Positions 1 to 13,577 are shown, numbered from the stretch's first letter. The stretch: DNA of 64,000 nt from Epiperipatus broadwayi (GCA_028023455.1 JAQFVV010000001.1:13392001-13456000); one strand, 5' to 3'. Program-made: numbers and translations. The notes: generated by a model not told the origin, from the sequence alone.

Positions 1-628
1 AAGTGACTAGAAATTTTTCACTTATTTTGAAGTGTTACAATTAATCAAAATCCCCTTCAGTCTCCACTCATTATTTTTCTAAGAAATGTCCAGAAATATA
101 GGTTCGAATTTTTATCTATTAAATAATAAAGATCCCATTTAGTTTTAATAACTCCGATTTTTTCTTCTTTTAAAATAGCAAATTTCAATGTTTATTTTCT
201 TTAATATAATTAGAATACTTCCTAAAATTAACTTCTTGTTATTTAATTATTAGAATTAGATTTTTACTTATACAAAAGAGAAACAAAATAGTTGAAATCT
301 ATATTATTTTAAATACACTTCTATTTCCAAAATACATGAAAGTGCATTGACGTCATTTAATTCTACCATTCTTACTACTATTATTATTGTAGATATTTAT
401 TTATAGCTACCTACAAAGAGATCTAATATATATATATGCACACAATTTTAATGATTATATATATATAATGTATTATTATTTCTGTGTTCACAATTTTTGT
501 TATGTTTAAAATTTTGTTTTAAATAAATTTTACTTCTATGTATTAACTCCTTTAAAGATTTGCAGAACATCTTTAGAGATATTAAACATATATCCTATGA
601 TTAAATAAACAAATCAAAATAATAATAT

Positions 629-3540
629 TGTAACAGTCAAATCTGTACATTCGTGCAACAAAATCTAGAACTTTAGTAAATCATACCAAGGCTGACCAGC
701 ATAGAGTGGTATGAATCACATTGTCTGATATAGTCCCAACTCCTTTACTAACTCTCAAAGATTTACCACCTTACGGATGACACATATGAAGCTACAGCAG
801 CATTTTCTTTCATCACGTGCCGGCAGTAGCACATCAGTAAAGCACAAGATTATGGGAAATTGACTTATTAACTAGTATTGCTATATAGACGATGTGTGTG
901 GCAGAACATGATTATAAAATAGGGATTGTGATTCTTAACTAATGATTAACTAATCAATAAAGACTTACCAATGAGCAACATTGAGACATGAAACAAAAGT
1001 TAAATTCAAAACTAATTTAATGAACTAAATATTAAAACCAATAAATGAAAATAATGATTATAACGTGACTATATAGGTTGCATCACATGCAGGTGACCAA
1101 GTTAGGGATACAATTTCATATTTGAGTTTGGGATTCACATGCAAGTGATGACTGGTTATGATCATTTAGGTTTGCCTAGTTACATATGGCTTTAATTTAC
1201 ATAACATTTGGGACATGTAAACTCACGGTGACATTACATTTGGTTAGTTACATTATTAAATTATTACACATATACTTGTAGGTGATGATTTACGTTTTAT
1301 AGCACCAATCATGCAGGTGATTGAGTTTGAATTACACTCATTTAATTTAGTTTGTTACATATAGAACCTGCAGGTGATGAGAAAAGTATAAATTTAATTT
1401 TCAGAGCCTTAAGATTACTTTATAGATCGAGGTTAATTGCTCAACCACGCCTGTTTACGCTATATAACAGGGTCTAGACCGCCAGAGCTAGCAGAAGTGA
1501 TTATACATTTGATAAAGAATAGACATTTATTACGCAACTTAGTACTCTATAGCTTAGTGCCTATAAAACTAGACTACAGATCAAGCTGAAAATACAATTA
1601 TTAGGTGAGATGAACTGATGATTGGCGTCAGACTTCAGATACCAGGGATAGAAAATATAAGCTGATATGCCCTGGGCTCGAGGGCCTTTAGGGTTTTACC
1701 AAGAGTCCCTTTCACGTATCGCTGTGGAAAAAGAGACTGTTGGTGATCGAATTGAGTGGGCTTAGCCCAGGGGCGCTTGTTCCTAAGGAGCATGGAGGGC
1801 AAACCGCCACCCTGAGAGAAAATTGCCCGAACTAGAGTAATGGACAGGCAACCACTACACCATGAAGAAACAGCAACAAAATAAATATATACCTGCTTTC
1901 TTAAAGACACCCACACTGACCACTTAAAATAAAATTATGACACTAAACACTGTTTCTTCAGAAACTACCGTAACAGTCATTAGGTAGCTGTATAAAACTA
2001 TTAAGGAAAACTAGGAACATTTAAGCACTAATGAAAAACTTTAAGAGCGGGGCAAAGAAAAGAGGCTGTATTTCAATCACTCCGGCTAAACATTAGTTAA
2101 ATATCTCGAAAGTGAATCTATCTTAAAACAGCTGTAAGCTTTTTAATTAACTGTTAAACAAGATATTTTACCCCTTTCAAAATGGGTTTCTTTTTTATCC
2201 TAGACATTATATTATCTCTAGGTGTGAACCTGTGATGGTTCCTCACTAAGCATTTAATCAATAGTAAAACCCCATTTAAAAAAATACAGCATAAACTACG
2301 AAGCAATGGAAAATCATAACACTTGGCATGAAAGAAATGTAAGTTTAATGAGCAGATTTCACGCAAGTGAAATCTAAAATTGGGCTCTGTTTTAGCATAG
2401 TTTGAAAATGAAATTGCAATGCAATTAGTTTATATCCGATCGACCCGGTTCAAGCCAAATTTAAGTAGTGACAAGAATTAATCAAGACAAATATTATTAT
2501 TCTATTTAAAATATATAAAATCACATATCAGAAAGTTAAAGTATGTAAAATAATCTAGAAACTTAATCATCATTTTAGAATAAAGCATTTAAAACTATAC
2601 GTAACAAAATTTATGATAATTAATTTAAAATCAATTGCTTTAACTAACTTTTAATAACTCGGAAAGGTAAATACGTTGAACTAGATCAATCGGAAATAAC
2701 TTAGCAAACGAACACATAAATTAATAAATACATGGAATACGTAAATCAATGAATATGATATTAACTCAGTATGAAATTCAAATCAGTTATTAAAGTAAAT
2801 CAGTTATTAAATTTAAATCAGTTATTAAATTTAAATCAGGCAAGATTTTAAGGTGAAAACAAAAGAAATAAAAATTACATTTTAGTAAAGATTTTAAGAT
2901 TAAAATAAAGAAATCAAAATTACATTTAGTAGTGGATTTAAAATTACATTATTGCTATGGCCATAGAGTTTAAATTTAGCTAGCTTTAGGAATTATCACA
3001 TTTTAGTTGAGTTATTAATCTTTAAGTAGAGGAAGGGTTTTACCAGGCTCTTTTCTGCTGCTTGTACTTGTTCCATGTTGAAAGATTTGGGCAACTGCTC
3101 CTTCACACGGCTTCTCCTTTTGTTGTTTCCCGCATGGAAGACTTCATGGGTCAGAAAAGCAAGAAAAATTGCCTTCTACTCAGATTGCATCATAATTAAC
3201 AATTTTAACATAAGTTGTTGACTAAAATAATGTCTGAATAAATCCAAAATGGCTGTGGAGGCTTATATTATCAGCTTACCCCCCTCTTCTCGGTCATAGT
3301 AATTTTCTAGATTTGTTTTGCTAATTTTCTCGCTGTATTCCTAGAATCATATAATTATTCTGTTTTTATTTCTTATAGTGAAGTTTTACAGCTGGTCATT
3401 CACGATTTCTTTTTAGTTACTCAGGATAATTTATTCTACAACTTAGTGTTACTTTTAGTTTTGTAATTAAGTCACACTACACCGAGAAAGATTAAATTTT
3501 ATAATACCAATTTTTCGAAAACAAATCTATAAATGGAAAA
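629..3540. repeat. Unclassified CpG-retaining, less AT-rich block; possibly an LTR-like or non-autonomous element
   Basis: Starts sharply at ATAT|TGTAAC (629). Composition differs from the flanks and it contains internal motif repeats. I found no matching right terminus or recognisable ORF; the right boundary is approximate. Confidence 0.3.
2780..2839 (+). repeat. Short tandem repeat, 17-18 bp unit (AAATCAGTTATTAAATTT-like), about 3.5 copies
   Basis: AAATCAG starts at 2780, 2797, 2815 and 2833. Confidence 0.85.
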
Positions 3541-6500
3541 CATCTGGTTATACATATAACTTGATTATTTAATTTAGCAATATATGCAGAAATATACTAA
3601 TCTTTCAAATATTAATTTTCTTTAGAATAAATATTTTAAATAAATAAATTTATAATGTTTTAAATCTGTTAACATTATTCTTTCCTGCATATATGTAGTT
3701 TCTTGTTACACATACAACACAGTTTTTATTAATTTACTCCTAGAAATATATATGTGTGTATATATGGGTTTTTACATATACAGATACATCTTTTATCTTG
3801 TAGGCTTAAGATATACGCACACATACATAACTAATACCTTTATATTTAAATCTAGCCTGATTTGGATATAATATTAACCTGATATACGAGAATTTGGTGC
3901 TAGTTACTTATATAGAAATACTACTATAGTATATAGTAGGTGAAACAGTTTGATTGACAGAGCTGACTGTTTCAATATTAATATCATATTTTTATCATCA
4001 TTTCTACAAATATTACCATATACAATGAATATATCATTAACATTATTACATTTGATATTACATTTTTTATTTACTATCTTAATTTCAATTATAAATTATA
4101 ACAAAATTTATTAATTACCATCTTAAAAACTGTTTTAAAAATATGCTGAATAGAAAGGTTTTATTTTATTTAAATTATATATATACATTAAAGCAGTTAG
4201 CTTCAAAAGAATATTTTGAAGGAGAGAAAATAATAATATAATTTTAAAAAAGTAGAAATCTAAATAATTATGAATCATTTTAATTAACTACTTTTAAAAT
4301 AATTAACTCAGTAAGTCATGTTATCAGTGTAGATAAATAATAAAATATTTGAATATCTATGAATAATATAACTAGTTATGGGAATAGCAAAAGTGCATAT
4401 ATCAATGTTGAATAAATGTTTATTACAAACAGTAATAATAAATACACTATGCATGTTAATTATTTTTTAAAAAAAATATTTTTTATATAAAATTTTGACT
4501 TATAAAATGAATTTTTTATTTTATTTATGATAATTAATTTTATCAAACAGAAAATCATGTTTTTAGAATGGAATGAAGTAAAACTTGATAATAGTAAAAC
4601 CAACTAGAATTTATATTTTTAAGGAAGTAATATTTTTTATATATTTCTAAACAGAATCGATTTTTTAATTTGTCTTCTTTATCAGCTTGACTTCTAGAGA
4701 ACTGAATAAATTAATCTAAAATTTGAACCTATGTAGCTGCTGAAACAATGTGAAGTATCATAATGTCTTAATCAATATAGTAATCACTACCCTAGTAATA
4801 AAATTATTTGAAGCATCAACCTCAGATCCAAAAGAACTTAAAAAAAGACTGGATTGGAGAAAAATGAATAAAAAAAGGATCATGTGTTAATGCAAATGGT
4901 AACATTGTTTTATTTTTGTTCATTACAAAATATAATTATAAATTAGCAAGTTTTTTTTATAAAGTTGCATATATATTTTTTCATAAAAACATATAGCTTT
5001 ATGATATAATTATTAAAAATGCACAAATATTGCTATATTAAATGTTATATTGGAGATTGAATACCTCAATATTTCATGACTAAAGACCAGCAGCATATAT
5101 TCAACATATTCTGCTAGTGCTACTATAGTTTTTCTTCACTATTTTGTGGTTATCTATAATGCTACTTTGCCAGTTCACACATATTTAATGGCAAAAATTA
5201 GAACTAAAATTATTAGTTTAAAAAAAAATTGAAGATGTTTGTACCATACATATATCAGAAATTCAAAGGAGCCAATAGTATTGCCGATTGGTAGATTTTT
5301 TGTTCTCAGGCTTTGAGAGGAAACTTTTTTCTTTTAATTATTTTAAAAAAATAATTGTAATTTTCAATAATTTATTTACACATTTATGCTTACTTATATT
5401 TGTAATACATTTATTTAAAATCAAAAAAATATAAGATTTCAATAAAAATGTTTGCTTTTAAGACAGCTGAAATAAAACTGTAATCAGTATAAAACATAAA
5501 TTATGATTAATTCACTGAAAAAAAATGATTTCATAAACCCCAGTGCAGAAATTTTTTGTGGAATTTTAATAATAATAAATGCAATTTTACATTTTAAAAC
5601 AGAATTTTATTGCTTTATGTTGTCTAAGCAAAAATTCATTTCAATTTTAATAATTGAGTTCAAATAAAAAATAATTCATTCAATGTTTTTTCAGTGAGCA
5701 AAAATAACTATCAAATAAAAAAAAGTCATTGTTCTCATTAAGTATTTCACTTAAATACATTTTTTCTATTTTTCAAAATTCAAATATCTTTTAGAATGTT
5801 TTTAATTTGTAAACTTATATTTGTAATAAATAATGTAAAAATTATCAAAATATAATATAAAATGTAATTATAAAAATAAAATATTGCAAATATAATCAAA
5901 ACTGCCATTAGGAATTTAAAATAAGAGTGGGAGGAGTTAGAAAAAATTTAAGTGGATGTATTATTTACATGTATAAGTTTAGAAAATATTTTACGCTTAC
6001 TATAGTATCAATACCTATTAGCCATAATAAGTTGTAAATGAGTATATTTGTATTTATTTTAAATAGTAAGGGGAAAGAAAATATATATAGATACTAGAAT
6101 AATAGATGTTGTAGGCTTTCTCACTGTTTCAGATTCTGCTTTTCTGTTGAGTCACTGAAGTTATATTGTAAAAACTATTTAAAAAATTGAACACTTTTTG
6201 AAAATTTGATTTTCATAAAAATGCACAATACTAAAGTACAAATTAATTGGAAATTACACATTGGTTAAATGTTTTACTAATTGTAATTTATTTTTAATTT
6301 TTTTATTATTTATGTTTCAGATTATTAATTTTTTTGTTAGTCTTTCAAAGCAGGCAACAAATAAGGCCAAGCATAAATGTTAATTTTGATGAAATACAAT
6401 ACTAAAAGCAAATAAATTATAAATTATTTATATATTTTTCATAAAAGAAAATGTGTTACTTAATCAGTATATAGTACAATAATAATGAATAGGATTAGTA

Positions 6501-7181
6501 AAAAAAAAAAATTAAAAAAAGATAAAATGAATTTTTTTTATTATGATTACGAATAATAAACAAAGTGAACTTCCAAGGCTAGAATGTGGTTCTATTTTGA
6601 CATGTTTTATTGCTTATCCAGAATATGCAATGAGATTATAATTGTTCAGGGAGTGTGCCTCTCATTTAGAGAGTTTGGCTTCAATTCATAAGTGTTCATT
6701 CACTTATGTGATTACTCCAGTCACTGGATCAACAATGTTTTTGATAATTGGATTTCTACTTAATGTTATAGGGAAATATTTTAATTTTCAATAATGAACT
6801 ACATGCATAAATCTTCAATTTTGCAATCAAGAATATTTTACTATTATACAACAATAATATATTTAGTTTTAGATTACTTTGTAAAAACTAAAAACAAAGT
6901 ATTTAACATTACAGTAAAATGTTTGTTTTTCAGTTATGAAATATATGTAAAAGTTCATTTTTAAAAACTATCTATGTATTTAGATTACTTTATAAAAATT
7001 TGAAAAAAACTATTTTATTTAAATGCAGATAAATGTTTAAAAGTACAAATCTATGCTCTACTATTTATTTATTTATAGATTACTTTATAAAAGTCTTGTT
7101 TCAGTATTTACATTTTTAAATATGGATTAATGTAAAATAAGCTTAATCTTTAATTTATCAATTAGTTTTCAGAGTATAACT

Positions 7182-7344
7182 TTAGGGCTCCATATAGTGG
7201 ATAAAAGCAAAAAATGCAAGAAAAACTGAACTTAGAACACCTACTATACTGATACCAATAAATTTTCTATAGTATGATAGTAAACATATTTTAAGGAATA
7301 TTTGAAAGATAATTAATTTGGAGATATTCATCCAATATTCCTGC
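7182..7344 (-). CDS. Candidate terminal coding exon of an unidentified membrane protein (QEYWMNISKLIIFQIFLKICLLSYYRKFIGISIVGVLSSVFLAFFAFIHYMEP*)
   Basis: Minus-strand TTTAG acceptor at 7345-7349, open frame to TAA, and a hydrophobic stretch. No family recognised; AT-rich DNA readily gives hydrophobic ORFs by chance. Confidence 0.25.
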
Positions 7345-9959
7345 CTAAATTCAAAATATATTATTTCATATAACAAATAAATACATATGATGAATAATTG
7401 AAAAGCACAATTGAAATACCTGTTGTTTTGTAATAACTAATAGATGTGATGTGTTACAAGTGTAGAGGAATTTGATTGGTGAGATATCTAATTTATTTCC
7501 AATTATTAAAAAAAATAGATGTTAAGATATTATTTATTTATTTATTTTTAAAAAAATATAGTAGAAAATTTTTGAGTTAAAAAAATACTTAATTAAATTT
7601 TGGAGATAGATTGAATAAAATTTTGAGAATGTTGGACATATCAGATATTTATTAATATATTTTAATTATTGTTATTTAGCTATTTTATAATTTATTGTTG
7701 AACAATTTTATATTAATTTATTTATGAACAATTCTGTAATAAAATTATATTGCTATACTTTACCCGGTGGTTCTTATTTTTATTCACTCTTTTATTTTGT
7801 ATTTGTTTAATATTTATGAATACAGCTGTTTGTATGGATTACAATATAATTTCATCATGTACTCTATTCATTATTATCAACATAATAATTAATTTTTTTT
7901 CTTATGATTTCTATTTATAGTGTTCTTTCTGCAAGTACTAATGTAATGAGGATAAGAGACTTAATATAGATATAGATTGAGTAAATAATCTGATTTACAG
8001 GGTGTTCATAAATTATAAATATTTATGGTGGTATAGATAAATAATCTTTAACTTCCTTGCTCTGTAATGAGCAAATCAAAATACAAGTTATTTACTTATA
8101 AATGCTTAATCATCACATATAGTCATTCAATGCAAACCATTACATAAAATTGATTTATTGATGCAGGGCTTCAATAAACTTTCATATTCTTATTATTATA
8201 ATATATAACAGCCTTTAAATAATCTATTGCATGACAACATTTCTTCAATAGCTTCTCATAATGAGCAGTTTTTCTTTTTATTTTATATTTAAGAATTTTA
8301 GATGTTCATTTACCAAACAATAATAAATAGTTAGCTGATTTTTTTAAACTAATAATTAGTTAGCTGAATTGCTATGGGTAACTAGCTGAAAAAAAAAATT
8401 CAAGTTTAACCTGGCCTAGATTTGAAAGGACTTCATAGAAATGGTAGGCTGATGTGCTACTGATATATTAAAAGGCTTTCACAAGTTCTCCTTTTCTTTT
8501 TGTAAACACTTATTGTAAAAATAAACAGTTAATTATATATATATATGCATATATAGATGTGTTTTCTCTACATACGGAAGTAAATAACATATACGAATGT
8601 CAAAGTTAATTATAATGATCTAAGTTTTTTAAAATAGGAAATTTGGAAGATCAAAAACTAAAATGAAATTAAAGTTATGAGAACTAGCAATATGAAAAAA
8701 AAAAGATTGAGTAGAAAAAATTATGGAACTAATTAGTTAATGGTTTCAATTATTAAGAGCTGGATAAATGATGATGGAATACTAAAAAAAGATCAAGAAA
8801 TTTATTGATTTTATAAAAAAAGTCTTTGATAAAAGATATTATTCTGTTAATGCAAAAAGAGTGAATTTTATTAAATGTGTTGTTTGTACTGTAGGAAAAA
8901 GATTCGAGATTTTTCCAAGATAAGATTGGAAGAAAAATATAAAAAAGTAATTTGGTTAGATAGAATTTGAAATATAAATCAAAAAGTATACGAAAAAATT
9001 TTAGACAAAATTACAAATTGACATTTAAATGGATGCTAGTTAATACTAAAAAAATGATAAATATAGTATTACAGAAACAACTATTTTTAAAAAAGAAGCT
9101 AAAACTAAAAAAGGTAAACGATCTTAAAGAGTAAATGTATAAGAAGAATTGAACAAAAGAAAGTTAAGTTTTGAAAAAGACGGTCTATAGTAAAATGTTA
9201 ATAAGATGTCCTATAATAAACTGTGAATGGCATTTAAGTACGTGACTGATTTTAATGACATTAAATTATTTCAGTTATAAACTCATTATATGAAAATATA
9301 TATACATAACTAACCAATGGATGACCTAATAAGTTATAATATGTTAGAGCAAATAAGAATCTGAAATAGCGAGTCATGTTTTTTTTCATAAACATATTTT
9401 TCGTTTATAAATTAATAACATTTTAAATAAAAAACAATGTTTTTTTTTTTTTAGCTATAATAATTTAAATAACTAATAAAATGTTGAGATAATTTGAAGC
9501 CAGCGCTTCAGAGAAAAACGCCGCAGTCTGATAAAAAAAAAAAAAAATGTGTTTATTTATTTATTTTTTGTTAAATAAAACAAAACCTGCTAATTCTAAA
9601 AATATTTATATTTCAGCTTTGTTGTAATAAATAGTATTTATGTAAGAGACGGGCTAAAAGTTACAATGTCATAGTATTCTTTTTTTAAATTTAATTATTG
9701 TAATAATATATTAAATTTACCTGATGGACAATTTATTTTGATGAAATATAACTGATATAATTAAGTAATATACTCTTAAACTTAAAGTATATAATGATTT
9801 CCATAATTGTATAGTTTTGAAAAACAGCTGATTTTCTTATTTTGGAATTTAAACATATTTTTTAAAAAACAAACAAGCACTAATTTCATTTAAATTTATC
9901 TAGCATAAAGGAGTGTAGGGGAGTATGAATAAATTATAATAATAAAAGATTACAATAAA

Positions 9960-10080
9960 ATAATGTTAAATAGTTGCGTTTTCTTAAGCAGCAGTTTCCC
10001 GGGTCTCGAAAAATTGTTACAATAATTTTAGCTTTATCCTGGAATTTGGTGCATTTTTCTTCTTGTTTTGAGCGTTCAAA
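9960..10080 (+). promoter_or_regulatory. Likely promoter / 5' UTR of the SAM-domain gene
   Basis: Local CpG retention (GCGTT, CCCGGG, TCTCGA, GAGCGTT) in CpG-poor DNA, directly upstream of CAAAATGG. Confidence 0.45.
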
Positions 10081-10162
10081 ATGGAGTCTTTCAGTGCTCA
10101 AGATTTGTATGATTTTTTGATTCATCGTGGCATTTCTTCGGATTCAGCAGGATTGCTTTTAA
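10081..10162 (+). CDS. SAM-domain protein, coding exon 1 (MESFSAQDLYDFLIHRGISSDSAGLLL, phase 1)
   Basis: CAAA-ATG-G context and A|GTAAGA donor at 10163. Joins in frame to exon 25014 to give a continuous SAM-like sequence. Confidence 0.8.
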
Positions 10163-12403
10163 GTAAGAAAATTTTGTATTTTTTGACTATTTTAAATGTA
10201 TGTAACAAAAAACAATTACTTGTATTAAAAAATTGTTAGTTTTCGATTTATATTCACTCTATACTTTAAACCAATTATTTTTTTTGAGAATTTTACGCTC
10301 AAGTTTTCTGATTAAAATTATCAGAAGTTGCTCGCCTGTTACATGTATTAGATTATTTTTTCAAATACATAGTTATTTAGAATATTAAAAATAATTTTAA
10401 AATTATTGATTGTTTTATAAAAATTAAGTTTATGTATCAAAAAAAGTATTTTTTTTATTATAGTAATTGTCTTTCTAATAGTTTTTAATTTTATCATTAC
10501 ACTTCAAAGTAGTTTCGAAATTAAAGTAATTAATAATGAGATGATACTCAAGTTTATAAAAGTTTTTTCATTCTCTTTTAATAATTTCACATCTTTCATA
10601 TGTTGAAATCTAAAATGATTAATTTTTTATCTAAAATATTTATAACTTTTTTTATGTAGTCACAATCTAATTAATTTTTATTTATCCAATATTCTAATAT
10701 GAAATGATCTCTAAGCTTTTTTCCAAAAGTTTTTTCTACTTTTTTTTTTGTTGTTGTTGGAGACTAGAAAAATTGTAATATTTACTTCATTTTGATTCTA
10801 TTAGCTTAGACTATTGCTGCATTTAAAATTAATTTTTCAATAAAAAATAAGAGACATGAAGTGTCATATGGAAAAGAATGAAGTAGTCATTTCAACATGC
10901 TTAGAAAAGTTCAGAAATTTATTTTTATTATATGCAAGTAACAGCATTAATTATGGATTGCATTTCTCTGATTCTTTATCCTGGGAAAAATGCTGCAATA
11001 TTATAGATGATATTTTTTTTTACAAGTAATATTGAATGACTGCAGGAAATGATACTTCAATATAAATAATATAAGAGAGAAGATAAAGAGTATCTTAAAA
11101 ATTGCTTTTCATTAAAATTTTAAAAATATTATTAAGTATAAATATTTAAAATAAATCAGGATTTTATTCAACTGCAAAGACAATTAGGGTTTAATTGCAA
11201 ATATATATGTTAAGTTTCCTGACAGAAGGTTTAATAATGAGAACATTATGTTACTATTGTTTTTGCTTGGTACTCAATACAATGCATCTTCACACTTTAT
11301 ATTTAGAGCTTTATCATAAACTTTAATTCACCACTAGATTTAAAAATAGCCATTCAGAAATACAAATACGAATTATTTTTGTTTTTAAATCAAATCTATG
11401 GTTCAGTATCTATAGAAGTATAACACTAATATTAAAGGCTGCACCACCATATAATAACTGCTTTTATTAAATGTACTCTGTTTTTTAGTTTTTTTATTGT
11501 GATAAAATTTTGTACTCAATTTTCACTCACTTCTTAATTTCCAATCTAGTTAAAAATTTACATATATGTATATTCCTAATGACATTTTTTTTTTCAGTTT
11601 GCAAACAATTTTAGCAAAAAAATTACTGAATAGTTTTATTTTATATGTCATTTGATATTAGTAGTGTCTAACAATACTTGTTTTGATTTATAACTGAATG
11701 ATTTGTTACTCATTGTGTTAATTCAATGTTATATATTTAAAACTAAAAAAGTAAAAAATTAAAATAAATACTTTTATACATATAAATACATTAAAAAAAT
11801 TTTTTTTTTCAGGTTTCACAAATAAAAATATGGGGCAGTCATATTTAGAAATATTCTAAGTTATACTTGACATAAATAGAAATTAGATTTTTTTTCATAT
11901 ACATAATAAAAATATAAAGGATATTGAGTTAAAATGCTAAGCTCATAAAAATTGATAGAAAGTGGAACTAAGATTATTTCTAAGCATGACTCCTCCAAGC
12001 TTTTATATATAAAAGTGGAAGAAAATTTGTTTTATTTTCTATTGCATTCAAGTGAAAAAACACTTCTTTAATTTTTGTTGTTATATATTTTTATATTATT
12101 TCACAGTTAGTGGATTGAATCCCATTTAAATAAACTTAGATTAACATTGAATTTTTAGTTCCACTTTAATGGTTGGTTGAGCTAATTATGGACTAGATAT
12201 CTAAAACTAAAGCTTTAAATATACATCTGATTTGAAAAAAAAAAAGCCATATCAGTTATGGATTAGATAAGAGATATGCTAACTATTATATCATAAACAT
12301 TTTTGTTTTGGGGCATTATTAACCAGAAAATATTTTTGATTCCATTGATTTTTAATGTATTTTATGATTACATTAGCAGTGGATCTATCATTAGCATTAG
12401 TAC

Positions 12404-13172
12404 TTTATAAACAAGGCAAAACTCTCCATACAATAGTGCCACCCTGTGCCAACCAGAGAATCAATGGAAGCCAGAAGGATTATGCATAAAATCCCTATCT
12501 AATGCCTACTCATCCAATATCCCCAGACTAGTTTCTGGCTTATGGCCTTCGTCACTAAGGAGCTTTGGATCTGAGAGCACTGCACCTAGATCTTAGGATC
12601 TAATGCAACCCTCCAGCAAGCATCTTTTATCTCTGCTTAACTATAAAACTATGAGAATGCAATTGAAAACACAAAAATATTTTCAATCTAAGCTCAATAG
12701 CTTATATAATCATATGGGTCTGAACTCAGTTCAACACCCATACATTTTAAGGTCTTTGGCTCTTTAAAACATCAATCCTGCCTAATAGGATAGTGGTAGC
12801 TATGGTTGTTAAAGAGTCAAAGACACCAAAATGTATGGGTGCTGAACTGAGTTCAGACCCATATGACTATATAAGCTATTGAGCTTAGATTGAAAATATT
12901 TTTGTGTTTTCAATTTCATTCTCATAGTTTTATAGTTAAGTAGAGATAAAAGGTGCTTGCTGGAGGGTTGCATTAGATCCTAAGATCTAGGTGCAGTGCT
13001 CTCAGATCCAAAGCTCCTCACTGACGAAGGCTATAAGCCAGAAACTAGTCTGGGGATATTGGATGAGTAGGCATTAGATATGGATTTTATGCATAAGCCT
13101 TCTGGCATCCATTGTTACTCTGGTTGGCACAGGGTGACACTACTGTATGGAGAGTTTTGCCTTGTTTATAAA
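12404..13172. mobile_element. Fold-back element (~363-bp inverted arms, ~41-bp loop), Penelope-like pseudo-LTR pair with hammerhead motifs
   Basis: Arms align as reverse complements along their length. Hammerhead-like motif in each arm. Identical 15-bp direct repeat CATTAGTACTTTATA at 12395-12409 and 13203-13217. Confidence 0.85.
13016..13055 (+). ncRNA. Minimal type-I hammerhead ribozyme-like motif
   Basis: CCTCA-CTGACGA-A-GGCT(ATA)AGCC-A-GAAA-CTAG-TC-TGGGG. Stem I is CCTCA/TGGGG, stem III is the palindrome ACTAGT, and the cleavage triplet is GUC. An extra A lies before GAAA. The mirror copy at 12521-12560 (-) has GTGACGA. Confidence 0.7.
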
Positions 13173-13390
13173 CAATTATGTGCTAGTATAAAAGATGGTG
13201 ATCATTAGTACTTTATATAAGATAAATGAATAAAATTTTTGAAAGTAAGATGCATCCTAACAAATATGATTTTAAAATAATCTTTTACTTACAACTGTGT
13301 ACAGTAATTTATGTTATGAGGCTCTGCCAGTTTTAAATGATGTTTTTCTTTTTAGCTCTTTGAAATGGAAGAGAAATATATCTTTTATGC

Positions 13391-13391
<1 letters not shown>

Positions 13392-13451
<60 letters not shown>
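13392..13451 (+). repeat. (TTA)20 microsatellite
   Basis: Direct reading of the sequence. Confidence 0.95.
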
Positions 13452-13453
<2 letters not shown>

Positions 13454-13518
13454 TTTCTATCTAATAGAGTTTGTGTGGGTTTCTAAATCATCTTCATGTT
13501 TTATCATTTATGTAGAGA

Positions 13519-13577
13519 ATACTAGTAGGGTCATGATGATCCTTTCATCTATTTGATCATCATGACCCTACTAGTAT
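13519..13577. repeat. Perfect 23-bp inverted repeat with 13-nt loop
   Basis: ATACTAGTAGGGTCATGATGATC ... GATCATCATGACCCTACTAGTAT. Confidence 0.9.

Noticed and set aside
1635-2366. Two short minus-strand ORFs
   Set aside because: No recognisable motif or splice support; they lie in a repeat-like block.
2780-2839. Short direct repeats considered as a CRISPR array
   Set aside because: The units are adjacent with no unique spacers, and the context is eukaryotic.
4744-4890. Open frame ending STSDPKELKKRLDWRKMNKKRIMC
   Set aside because: No convincing acceptor, partner exon or homology.
6869-7092. Three spaced copies of AGATTACTTT(G/A)TAAAA
   Set aside because: Looks like ordinary decayed ~100-bp tandem repeat in very AT-rich DNA.
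13365-13556. Poly-leucine ORF in the ORF track
   Set aside because: It is a translation of the (TTA)20 microsatellite.
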